A stretch of 63,594 bases of DNA, counting the filler, from Salisapilia sapeloensis CBS 127946 (lineage: Eukaryota > Protista > Oomycota): assembly GCA_023334545.1 (NCBI GenBank). It is 4 parts of 4 records of this genome, joined end to end, with 100 filler letters (N's around TTAATTAATTAA, not from the genome) between each part and the next. Parts side by side here need not be neighbours in the genome. Positions count along the whole stretch, not along the records: positions 1 to 29,768 come from JAADVB010000226.1; 3 more parts are not named here. One strand, given 5' to 3'. How positions within the stretch are numbered: position 1 is the stretch's first letter; every line of letters begins with the position of its first letter. Position numbers and translations under genes: made by a program. This document shows, in pieces, positions 10,748-22,300 of this stretch. The notes beneath the pieces are model-generated. The model ran no database searches. It was not told where the DNA came from and worked only from the letters and a program-made list of their open reading frames with translations.

Positions 10748-12886
10748 CTAGTTATGGAGCATCGGGTAGGAGATAGAAGTGGCCGAGGGCGAGAATGGTG
10801 GAAGCTGCTGATGTTGCGAACGAGGCGTGAGCGTCGAAGCCGACAGCGATCTCTGCGTTCCGACGTTGGCTGACACGCGATGACTGTTCGTCCGGCGCAT
10901 GCTTCCTTCCACAATCTGAATCTGGACACCGTCGGCAGCAGGTGCACGAACCTCCTCCGTGAACTGCCACCCGACATCATGATGCAGCAAGTCCATCGAC
11001 TGTGGACACAAGTGTCTCGCGACCACGACCTTGCCTTCGGATTCATACTTGTCCGCGACTTCACGCAGTGCTGCGACGGCAGAAAAGTCACAGAAGCGAG
11101 AGTTCATAAAGTCAATGACGATGACATCCGGGTCTTCGGACACTTCAAAGATATGACGAAAGGTCGAGACGGAGGAGAAGAGCAAGTCTCCGCTCATGTA
11201 GTACACCTTGACGCGCTCCGAGTTGGTGATTGTCTGTGGCGGATGCGAATCGTCCGACGTGTTGGACGTCGAGTTGTCGTCCTTTTCTCTCGTGACACGA
11301 AGGACTTCAGTCGTAGTCTCGAACGTGATCTGTCTTCCAGAGCTCCAACCGTGCACGAGTGCCTGCCAGATGACACCAACGATCACTGCGACAGCCAGGT
11401 TGACGGCTGCCGCCAGAACGGATACGAGGATGATATTGAACGCGTCGGCGGTCTTGAGACGGAAGATGAGGAGGATCGAGGGCCAGTAAAAGGTGTGTGC
11501 AACGATGATGAAGAGGATGCCTGTCAAGCAGGCAACAGGCACCAGTTCGATGAGAGAGCTAGCGAAGAGCACGACGATAAAGGTGCAGATGCCGGCCGTG
11601 AAGCACGACAGGCGGAAGCGAGCGCCGTTCAGGACGTTTCCCATGGACTGTCCGATCATGGAGCATCCACCCATGCCGCCAAAGACAGAGCATAGGAAGT
11701 TACCGATGCCTTGTGCTAAGCACTCTTTCCTGCACATGTACTCAGACAACTTCCGGTCCGTGACATCCACAACAGCTTGGAGCGTCATGATCGACTCGAA
11801 GATACCAATGGCAGCAACACTTCCAGCGCACGAGAAGACGGCACCCCAGTCCTGGACGCTCGTCAAGTTTGGAAAGACAAAGGATGGAAAGCCACCACTT
11901 AGTTTCGACGTATCGCCAACTGTGCGCGTATCATAGCCGAGGAGAGGGCGGTTGATACCGAATTCGAGCGCGACGCCAATGATGGCAACGACGAGAGTGG
12001 GCGGGATGAGGCGACCGATGACTGGTACCCGAGGAAAGTAGTGCATGATGATCATGGTTACGACGACGAGGCAGATGGTGCACCAGAGCACTGGATCGGA
12101 TAGCTTCATCCACTCAATGTTATGGTCCGACTCGCATTCACCAAACAACTGGTCTTTGTCTTTGCACTCTTTAAACGTCGTCATCTGCGATAGGAACATC
12201 ATGACGGCGAGACCGTTAAGGAAACCGATGTGAGCTGTGCGAGGGATCAACGCGAATAGACTGGAGAGACCTAAGAGTCCGAAAACAAATTGCATGATGC
12301 CAACGAGAAGCAACGCAACGAAGAAATGGTTCAGCCGCTCCTCTTCACTCAAGTATCCGATCGCGCCGTCCGTCCCCGTGAGCTCCGGCATGACCATCGC
12401 GACGGCTCCAGCGGCACCAGCGACCGTCGCCGGTACACCGCCCAACAATCCGACGACGAGGCCTAGGAAACCGGTGGCGTACAAACCTCGAACTGGCCCT
12501 AGATTGGCAACGTAGCTAAATGCGACGGTCTCTGGGATCATGAGCAACGTCGCGGCGATGCCACATAGAATCTCTGTCTGAAGCACCTTCCAATTAGTAA
12601 AGTAGAATGCCGACGAGTCCTTAATGTCCTTTGGAATTTTCTGGACGGTAGGTCCAGGATTGCTGTGTTTAAGCGCTCGTACGCCTTCTCGGGAGACCCG
12701 TAGAAGGCGCTTGGAGCCATGTACAAAGGTGGCATTTAACAATGCTGAGATGGACTGCACCTCTGGGTTCTCCGCCGATGGTCGTGCGTACGATTCGCCG
12801 ACTGCGGCACGATAGCTGTGTGGAAAATGGAGCAAGTCGTCTTGCTTGGCTGGAGATGGCACGGGTGAAGACGTGTGGGGGCTCAT
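10748..12886 (-). CDS. SulP/SLC26 anion transporter with C-terminal STAS domain
   Basis: IPETVAFSYVA, GLY..GFLG..GG.P, KECLAQGIGN..FGGMGGCSMIGQS; STAS motifs GDLLFSS and VIVIDF..SRFCDFSA. Confidence 0.93.
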   Translation of the reverse strand: MSPHTSSPVPSPAKQDDLLHFPHSYRAAVGESYARPSAENPEVQSISALLNATFVHGSKRLLRVSREGVRALKHSNPGPTVQKIPKDIKDSSAFYFTNWKVLQTEILCGIAATLLMIPETVAFSYVANLGPVRGLYATGFLGLVVGLLGGVPATVAGAAGAVAMVMPELTGTDGAIGYLSEEERLNHFFVALLLVGIMQFVFGLLGLSSLFALIPRTAHIGFLNGLAVMMFLSQMTTFKECKDKDQLFGECESDHNIEWMKLSDPVLWCTICLVVVTMIIMHYFPRVPVIGRLIPPTLVVAIIGVALEFGINRPLLGYDTRTVGDTSKLSGGFPSFVFPNLTSVQDWGAVFSCAGSVAAIGIFESIMTLQAVVDVTDRKLSEYMCRKECLAQGIGNFLCSVFGGMGGCSMIGQSMGNVLNGARFRLSCFTAGICTFIVVLFASSLIELVPVACLTGILFIIVAHTFYWPSILLIFRLKTADAFNIILVSVLAAAVNLAVAVIVGVIWQALVHGWSSGRQITFETTTEVLRVTREKDDNSTSNTSDDSHPPQTITNSERVKVYYMSGDLLFSSVSTFRHIFEVSEDPDVIVIDFMNSRFCDFSAVAALREVADKYESEGKVVVARHLCPQSMDLLHHDVGWQFTEEVRAPAADGVQIQIVEGSMRRTNSHRVSANVGTQRSLSASTLTPRSQHQQLPPFSPSATSISYPMLHN

Positions 12887-13358
12887 GGGAAAATTCGATT
12901 GAGACCGTGCACAATGGAGAACTCTGAATGTAGGAATGTAGGTCTGCCTCTGCTAGAGGATGCGCAGCTTCAGAAATACGGGTGATGTACTTGTGCGTCT
13001 ATTCGTACTGATAAAAGTTATTTCGAGCAAGAATAAGGAGTCAGTATAGAGCACAGATGCGTCTGGGTCCACCGTTTGTCTAACTTAAAGTAGTACCGAA
13101 TCTGATTCCTGTCATCGGAGCTGCGACAAAACTACTGTTGTAAGATACGTGGGACAGCTCCACGGGTCTTCGTATTGGACGTGTACAAGATTCGACGTCG
13201 ATTATGCCTTTGAAGTAGAATTCGAACTGGGTAAGGACATGGGGAGATGCCCGTTGTTCTTCATGTAAAAATGTGCTATTTGTTGAATTTGAAGTGCAGT
13301 TCTTGATGCTTGATGAAACGGACGGCCGTTCAAGTGGTGAGTCGACTTTCACTGTAGG

Positions 13359-16300
13359 ATGGAGCGACTGCAAGTAGCTCCGACCGAGATCGAATTTGGA
13401 TCCGTCGAGACAGACGTCAACTACGTCGCTGTATTTCACGTCCGTAATAATAGTACGAAGCTCATTCGATATCGGGTGGAACCACCTTCGAAAGCTTCTC
13501 GTTTTAAAGTATTATTAAACAATCGAGATATCGCAGTCGAGGTGAATGCTACCATCAAGCTACCTCCTGGTATCACAACTACCTACCAAATTACGTTTGA
13601 GCATGAACGAGAGCGTCCTGAGCCGCTCCTTGATTCTGTCCATGATCTACTCTTGATAAAGGAAGAAAATCAATCACCGATCGAAGTGCCTCTATTCGCT
13701 CGTCGAGCTTGTCCAGACATTGACATCGAGCCTAGTCGATGTGACGTCGGTCTAGTGGTGATGATGCAGCGGAGTGCTGCATTTGTCAAACTTCGCAATG
13801 CTGGATCTCGAACAGGAAAGTTCATGATCGATATGATAGCCGGCGATAGCACGTCCGAAGGCAATGGCCAAGTCGGAAATACACTAACTGTCAATCCGGA
13901 AGAGGTAGTCCTTGCTCCAGATGAACGTGTCAGTATCAAAGTCGACGTTCTCGGTCAAGTCTTGGGTTCCTTTCGCCGCTTACTTCGTGTTCGAGTTGTG
14001 GAAAGCCAGACGTCTCACAACTCTAAAGATGCTGAAACTGGATGGAGTGATTTATGCAAGAGCGAAAAGTTTGTCGACGTTCGCGGCAAAGTTGTCAGTC
14101 ACACCATGGAGCTTCTTGCAACAAACAGCAAGCAAGCGCTTGAATCGATCTACTTTGGTTCTTTGTTTGCAGGTGAAAAGCGAACGATCCATGCCGTATT
14201 GCGTAACAATGGTCCACAGCCGCTGTCGTTCGATGCATCCATCAGCTTTAGCAGTAGTGGCACCAAGCAGGTAGATGAAGATCGAGCAACGTACGAACGT
14301 CGGAAAGAGTTACAGATATCACCAGCACATGGTAAGATTGAACCCTTTGCTGAAGTACCAGTCAGCTTCAGCTTCTCCCCCAAGGCAGTAGAGTGGGAAG
14401 AATGGAAGAAGCGGCAGTGGGAGCATCAGAAGGAGAACGATACTTTGGACGAGCTGCCACCATCTCTACTACAGGCATTCATGTCCATCCAATGCACTGT
14501 CAGCCACGTGCAAAACTTAACATTGGAAGTGTCTGGAAAACGATACTTACCAAAGATAACTCTATCTCCTGACTCTTGTATTGACTTTGGCGATGTCGCG
14601 AGTCATGATCGTGCAGATATGTTAGTTCAAATCAAGAATCTCTCAGGGTTACCAGTCCGATTCGTCCTACGAAAGATAGCTCATTTCTCATGCAAACCTG
14701 CTAGTGGGAGGTTAGATGTTCTCCAATCCCAAAGTCTAGTAATTAGCTTCACACCGACGCAACTCGGAACCTTTTCCAATGTCTTGAACTTGGTCGTGAA
14801 TCAAACGGTTCTATCAATACCTATCTCTGTGAAAGGAAGAGCTACCATTGTGGGTGAAGTGGACAGTCATAAGCCTCTTGTTGGAGGCGTTCAAGCCTTA
14901 CCAGAAGACTTTACACCAGCGTATAAATTCATTCAACCAGAGGACGCCAAGAAGACCCGAGGTGCCTTGAGCAAACGTTTCAATCGCATTCCGTTTTATG
15001 AGAAAGCAGCATTGACGAGTGAGGCTGTGGTCAATGAGTTTGAGGTAGAAGCCGCCGAGACTGGTCATTTAACGTACTCTGTCAAAGAGCTGGCGAAAAA
15101 GTCAGAGCATCGCGAAAAGTATCGCTCATTTCTCGAGGATCGGAAGAGGGAAAGAGATGCAAAAGCTCAAGAGAAGAAAGAGCGTCGGATTAGGTCCAAG
15201 CTAGGTATCACGCGCAGTATTAATGCTGCTATGCAGGAAGCCATGAGTAACAATGACGATGAGCTTGCGGTTCAGAAAGCGATGGAAGGTTCTGACCTTG
15301 GCATTGCAAGGCAGAGTGGCTTGGAGCCGAAGGAATTGACCTTGCCACGAGAATTGAAAACCAAGATGGAACCTTTGTGGCTGCATGAATCAGCGTTCGG
15401 ATTGACAACAAAAGTGTATTTCGACGAAAATAAGTTTGTCAAGAAGAAGTTTAAAGCTCAGCCGACAACACAGGCAGAACGAAGTGATTGCGAGATGCAG
15501 TTGGAGTTTGAACAGCTAGAACGCGTGCTTTCGGGACCTTCGACCATCCACTTTGGAAAAATTAGTGTCAATAGCATTGCTCGAAAGAGCTTGACGGTTC
15601 ATAATAAACTTCCGAGCTACATTCTCGTTGCATTGCACTTGAGCGTGGAAGATCAATTAGAAGAAATAGCTGTAGCCACGTCGCTCAAATCACAAGTCAT
15701 TCCGCCGAGATCCAGTGCTGGCTTTGATATTGGCTTTCGATCAACGCACGAACAAGTCTTTCAAAAGCAATTGACATACTCCATCAATGGAGCCCATTTG
15801 CGTCGAGTAACTGCTGTGGCCGAAGTTGCTCCGATCACAGTGCAATTATCCACGAACGAGCTAGAGTTTGCATTTAATGTGCTGGACACGAACCCAACCA
15901 TGTCGATGGCATTGACCGTCACGAACCCTAGTGACTCGTGCGCAACGTTCATGTGGAAGAACATCACGAATGTAGCTGCATCGATTGACGATAAGCAATC
16001 GGTTACGAGCAGTACAACAAGTTTAACTCGCAATAAGAATACTGCGGCACCAAAGCCAGCTCCTGGTAAACCTGTGTACCAGGTCCTTCCGGCAAGTGGC
16101 GAATTAGCGCCTGGGGCATCTATGAAGCTACAGGTAGAGTTCACACCTCCACCCTGTGCCTCCACTACACCGTATAATGGAAGCAAGATCAATCGAGGGG
16201 ACAGCGCTGCAATGATGTATCTTGTGAGTGACTTTGAAATGCAAGTGGAAGGAGGTCGACCAGTTCAGTTGAGTTGTAAGAGTCAACTAAGCGATGCTAA

Positions 16301-19300
16301 AGTTGATGTAAAGGAAAAGAAACTAGACTTTGGCAACGTTCCTGTCGGTATAGCGACATCCAAGAAGCTATGCATATCCAATAGTTCCCGCCAAGGTACT
16401 CGATCTACTTATTATGTTACTTTGGAACCAAATACGCAGGCGACATCCTTGGGATTTACATTGTCCAAGGCCGTCGGGTCGGTGTCTGCGCAAGATACGA
16501 GCGAGATCTATTTGGAATTGACTCCAAAGAAGCCTTTTACATTAGACGAAACAGCGCTGTACTTGCAAGTTCAATTCAGAGGTGGCAAAAGCGTTAAAGT
16601 ACCGCTGCATGCAGTTGCTTTGGTACCTGATGTCTGCATTACGCCGACAGAGCAGATCGACTTTGGTCGTGTCGTTATTGGCACCTCCATTTCTCGTGTC
16701 CTCAGTCTTGAAAACAGTAGCCCGACGGTGGCGACATTGGCGCTTGATTTGAGAAAAAGTCTTTCAGACGAGTTTGCAGTGTCCATGCCGCCTCATTTGC
16801 TTGAAGATCTGGAGGATGCAAGCAGCGTCTTCATTCCGTTGGAAGATAAGACTGCAAAGGAAGGATCAAGTGACTCGGTCTCTGCCTCGACCAAGTGGCA
16901 AATCTGCATCCCACCGAACGTGAAGGTGTCTTTACAACTGACGTTTACGCCAACGACAGCTACGTCTCATTTCAATCCATTGCCGCTCCAGTTTACAGGA
17001 TCCCAAAGTGTCCAGTGGAGTCGTCCACCAGCTATCGCTCGCCAAGTATCAGCAGAAGCAGTCGATCCGATCCTGTTGTTCTCATGTGCGAATATCAACT
17101 TCCATCGATGCGTCGTCACCCAGGAAGGTATTCGAAAAGTACCTTACACGAAGCAACTGGTGCTTACAAACAACTCGGACCGAACCCTTCAATGGGAGAT
17201 TGAGTTGGCAAAACTAAAGGCACTTCAGGGGACTGGCCATGTCATCTTTCACATGGCTCCGACGAGTGGAGAGCTAGCTAAAGGTGAAGAAGTTTTCATC
17301 CGAACTAGCTTTTTACCTATGGAAGAGATGGAGTACTTAGTGGAAGGGATCCCACTACTGGTAGAAGGACAAAGCTACATTGATTTAAGTTTATGTGGCG
17401 AAGGTATCCATCCGCATTTATCCTTTAGTGTCTCGAAAGTAGAACTGCCACCAGTACCACTCGGTATACCGTCGCAAGCAGTTTTCATACTACAAAGTAT
17501 CGGGTATGATCATTTGGATGTCACCTATCGCTTACCAATGGACTTGTCGAAAGCTCCTGTGACGTTGCATTTTCCCAAAGGTAAAATCCTGAGTATGGCG
17601 CATCCTGCTCTCCCAGTCGAAGTGCGCTTATTGAGCAAGACAAGTGTCGCTTTTAATGCTCGTATCGAATTCTTTGACTCGGATGGAAACTGCTTTCCTT
17701 TGCCACTGTCCGGATCGACAGAAAACTGTTTGCTTTCCAACTACTCGTTTCTACAGTCCACTAGTCTTCATCAAGACGATGCGGATGCTTGTAAAAGAGA
17801 TCATCTATCGTCCAAGTTTTGCTTCCTTACACACCCATCGGGAGAATATCCGATCTACCTAGTATCTGAAAAGCAATGGGACAAGGAAAACGGGAAGCAG
17901 GTAAAAATTAATACGAAGGGGTTGGAGCATCGACAAAGTGCCAAGTCGCAAACGCTTAAACCTCAACCAATGAACGGATTCATCGATGTCGATTGTAGTG
18001 ATATGTTAGAGGATGTGTCCTCCAATACAGCCAGCGCCCTACCACTGTCACCGGTTCGAAAGAAGATGACGATGGAGACACCGACTTTCAGTCAGCAGGA
18101 GATCGTTTTATTGATCAAGTACTTGAACGCGAATTTTGTGACGTCGCAGATCACAAAGTTTCCACATGATTTTGCTGAAAACCATGGCAAGCCTTTGTAC
18201 GAAATGCTCAGTATGGTCTGTCCAAAGAAACCACCGATGGGTGCAAAAATGTCCAAGCAAGCAAAGAATGTTAAAGTACCGGTAACCACTGCTCCACAGT
18301 CCAAGAAAGACGTACAGAACAAAGTCATAGCGCAGTACGCAAGCTTGCTCAAGTTCCTGAAGCCATATGGGGCGATGCTACATGACATTATGCCAGGACA
18401 TTTGCTTCCACAAGACTTGTACGTGCGAGCATGTGAGGACCCAGCGGCAACACCAGGCCTTCTCTCTTCACCTGCTTTGCTAGCGATGAGGTATGAAGTA
18501 CGTCGACAGGTACTAGAGAAGGAGTGGCTAGATATTAGCACGTCTGCATGGATGAAAGTGATCTATCAAGTCATTAAATGTTTCGTACTCTCACGTATTA
18601 CAGCAGACAGCTATACGAGTCAATTGCAGGAGAAAATCTTGTCGAATAAACAACATCGTCACTTTGACGGTAGTAACATCTATAGCGAAGGAGAGATGGT
18701 GCTAATACAATGGATATGCGATCACGTTCGTGACAAGGCAGCTACTCTTGAAAGCATCATGACCGTGCCATCCGATAGTTTGAAGCCTGAAGTACAACTT
18801 CTGGACATTCGTAACGACCTACAAGATGCTCGCTTCTTGTTCTATCTTCTAGCAGCGCATATTCCAACCATTCGAATGGAGTCGCGAGAGTTCCAATCAC
18901 TTCAATTCGACGTAGCTGATCTGAAAAATGTGAAAGACAGGTTTCAAAAGTCTAAGTTATCGCAGTCTCAATTGCAGCAGAACGCACAGGTCCTGTTACG
19001 AGCCTTCCAGTCTACCGGAGTGGACTTTGGACTCGACCCATCTACCTTCTTGGCGACAATGAACGGACGAGAGATGCTGCTATTGTTGTTGCATTTAAAG
19101 CAAGTTCTACCGCAGTTCGTTCCCAGGGCTACAATTTCCTTCCAAGGACTGCTTGGAACCGCTATTAAGAAAAAGATTGAGCTGACGAATCCTAGCCACC
19201 GTACCCTCGTCTATCAAGCATCTTTAGACCAGACCGGAGGATCTACATCCGGCGGTTCTCTTTCTGGTGGCCTCAGTGTGTCCGATATCTTCCAGATCGA

Positions 19301-22300
19301 GACGACACACATCGTTCTAGAGCCTCAGAAAGCGAAAGCGTTCGTTGTGACTTGTCATCCTCGTTTCTCTCGTAAGATGTGTGCTAGACTAGTCTTTCAG
19401 GCAGTACCGGACGGTAGTGATTCGACTGCCGCGAGTGGTTCGACTATGGTCTTTCTATTAGAAACGGATGTGAGTGCTCGTAAGCCTGTTCGCACGATTC
19501 AAGTGGACGCAAAGTTGTATGAACGCAAGGTGGAGGAGCTTGTCATCGAGAATCAATTTGCTTCGCAAGGCAACTTTAGACTATCGATGACGCAAGTGCA
19601 GACCCAGCAAGCGAGCTCTCCTTTTGATGCTGCACGAAGCACGTTAGAATCATCTCGTGGATCAGTCGTAGCAAATTCAAAGCCAGCTAGTCGAGGGTCA
19701 TCACGACGTGGGAAGAGAGGAACGATTGCTAGAGGATCGATGATAGACGTAAATGTCCCACTATCGAATCTAAGTACAAAGAAAGAAAGCGCTGGTACGG
19801 ATACCAATTGGTGTATTAGCGCGTATCTCCCATTTTTCCTTCCTGATTATCGTGACGCTGGAAGCAATGCTTCGAACGCAACCTCGAGCAGCGCTATAGC
19901 AATGTCTGGACGAGGAAGCGGAAAGATTAAGCTCGAGTTCCTACCGCTTATACTTGGTCAGTACAAATGCCAACTACTTTTCTTAGACGAACAAGTTGGA
20001 GAGTTCATGTACGAGATTCACGGCGTTGGGCACTTGCCTCTGCCATTGGAGAGGTTAGAATTTCAATGTGAACTACCTGATAAAGGCCAGTCATCTGCTT
20101 CCGCTTTAAGTCGTGGACAATTTCTTCGAGAGGTTTTTGTGCCGACAAAGAACGCACCACTATCTAAAGTACTTCCATCAGTCGTGGATCGATTTGATGG
20201 TCTTGTGAAAAGCAAGTGGAAAGCTGGGCTAAAGTCATGTGAAGACGAGCACCATACCAACTTCAAAATCGAGTTCAATTCTCCTTTCTTCACTCCTGTT
20301 TACCAAGAAGTGGTCATGTCAAGTGCTCCACCGTCCAAGACGCATCCATCTCGACCGAATGTCAACACAATAGGCTTAACAGAATCCGACTCAGCTCGTT
20401 TGGAAAGCGGAAGTGAGTACGGTGGATGTAAAACAGTTACTGGGAAAGCGAATCACGCTTTGGTACGTACCCCGAATTCTAGTAGCACGCTCACTGTTTC
20501 GACACCAAATACAGCTCTGTTGAGGTTTGAGCCCAAGGCTGCAGGTGTGTACACTTGCAAATTAGCTTTAAAGTCGCAGCATACTTGCTGTGGTAGTGTG
20601 GATTATCGCGTCTACGACGTTGTCGCCACAGTCAAAGAGCCGAATGTGAAGACCCATCTTGAGTTCGTATCACCGGCGCGTCAGAGTATCTTACAAGATA
20701 TTCCACTATCAAATCCTTCCGACACGACATGGACCTTGAAAGCCACTTTTAAAACCGAATCGTCTGAGAATACGCAAGATGGTACTGACAAGCCAGGAGC
20801 AAATGACACGAAGAGCATGTTTTCCGGTCCATCATCCTTGCTGGTACCGCCACGTAAGACAGTGAGCTACCCTCTATCTTTCACGCCAAGGTGGATATCC
20901 AACCAAGTTACCACGTTCGTCCTGCAGGATCCAGCTACGCAGCAGCAGTTTGAGTTCGAACTGAATGGCATTGGCGACGCACCGCTAGCACTAGACCATG
21001 TGTCCCTGTCGTGCCAAGCTCGCACTAGTATCGTCCACGAGTTTATCGTTACAAGCTTTGCTGACGATCCACCTGGTAGCCAAACCTACGAAGTCGATTC
21101 CGACTTGCGTGACATTATCGGAAACTCCACTGTCAAAGTACCGAATGCCGGCAAGTCGGTCAAGTACCCTTTAACGTTTACACCTCGCGTGAGTGGCATA
21201 TACTCAGGATCCATTACATTTACCAATACAAGAACGAAAGAGTATATGTGGTACACCATCGAGGCACTCGTGAGTGCACCTGATCCAGAAAGAACGTTGG
21301 AGATGAAGACAGCAGTACGAGAAATGATAAGTGTTGAGATTAGATTGGTGAATCCACTTGAAACCGCGGTGGAGTTTACGATCGATCTACAAGGTGACGG
21401 TCTCCTTGGACTGGAAACATTTTCTATGACTGCTAAAGGTGAAGGCATCTATGAGTTGATGTATTCTCCATTGCATACAACGGACCCGGATAAACCAAAG
21501 GAAGGTGCGATCCAGTTCTCTAACCACGAGATAGGACAGTTCTGGTATCGACTGTTGCTATCGGCAGACATGGCTGAACCGCAGGCGACGGAAGATATGT
21601 GCTGTGCTGTTGGCGACGTATGCACTCAACCAATTATTCTTCAAAACCCATCAGACCAAGAGATCCATCTAAGCTATCGTATATCCAACACACGTAACTT
21701 TTCCATTAAAGGAAGCAGCAGCGGTAGTAACAGCTCTTCTCAGCAGCCTCGTATCCCCATCGCTCCATTCGGAGAAACGACTGTTCTAGTCGAGTATACT
21801 CCATCCTCCTTATCCGAGTTTGAGACGTCAAGTATTGTATTTGACGAGCCAGGTGTTGTAAGTGACTGGGAATACCTCGTGCGTGGGAAAGGGAAAGCTC
21901 CGAGTGTCATGAAGCCTATCAACATGTCGACCAAAGTACATGAAGTGGCGACAATCATGTTCCCATTTAAAAACCCGTTTGCATCTATCATCAAGGTCGA
22001 TGTCACTCTTACCATTGATCATGCGGAAGACAAAGAGCGACCAATCTTTGATGTGCTGTTGAAAAAGAAAGAAAACGTACACTTGAACAGCTTTACGTCT
22101 CTTCAAGTGCCAATCGTATTCACCCCGGAAGTTGTCTGTGAAGCTCACGGGATGATTTATATTCGAGGACGGGAAGAATACTGCGAGCTCGAATGGAAAT
22201 ATCCAGTGTATGGCGTTGCTGAAGCACCGTTGCATCCTCGTGCTTTTGTATTGGCATGTCCGGCGAGAGAGTCGATCGAAAAGGATATTAGTTGCGAATT

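Noticed and set aside
10880-11695. 271-aa plus-strand ORF opposite SulP, and the 246/176-aa ORFs overlapping the MFS gene
   Set aside because: These are shadow ORFs expected from C/G-biased codon usage of the real genes; they show no motifs.
13080-13439. 119-aa minus-strand ORF overlapping the CFAP47 start
   Set aside because: No recognisable motif, and it lies in the SulP/CFAP47 divergent promoter.
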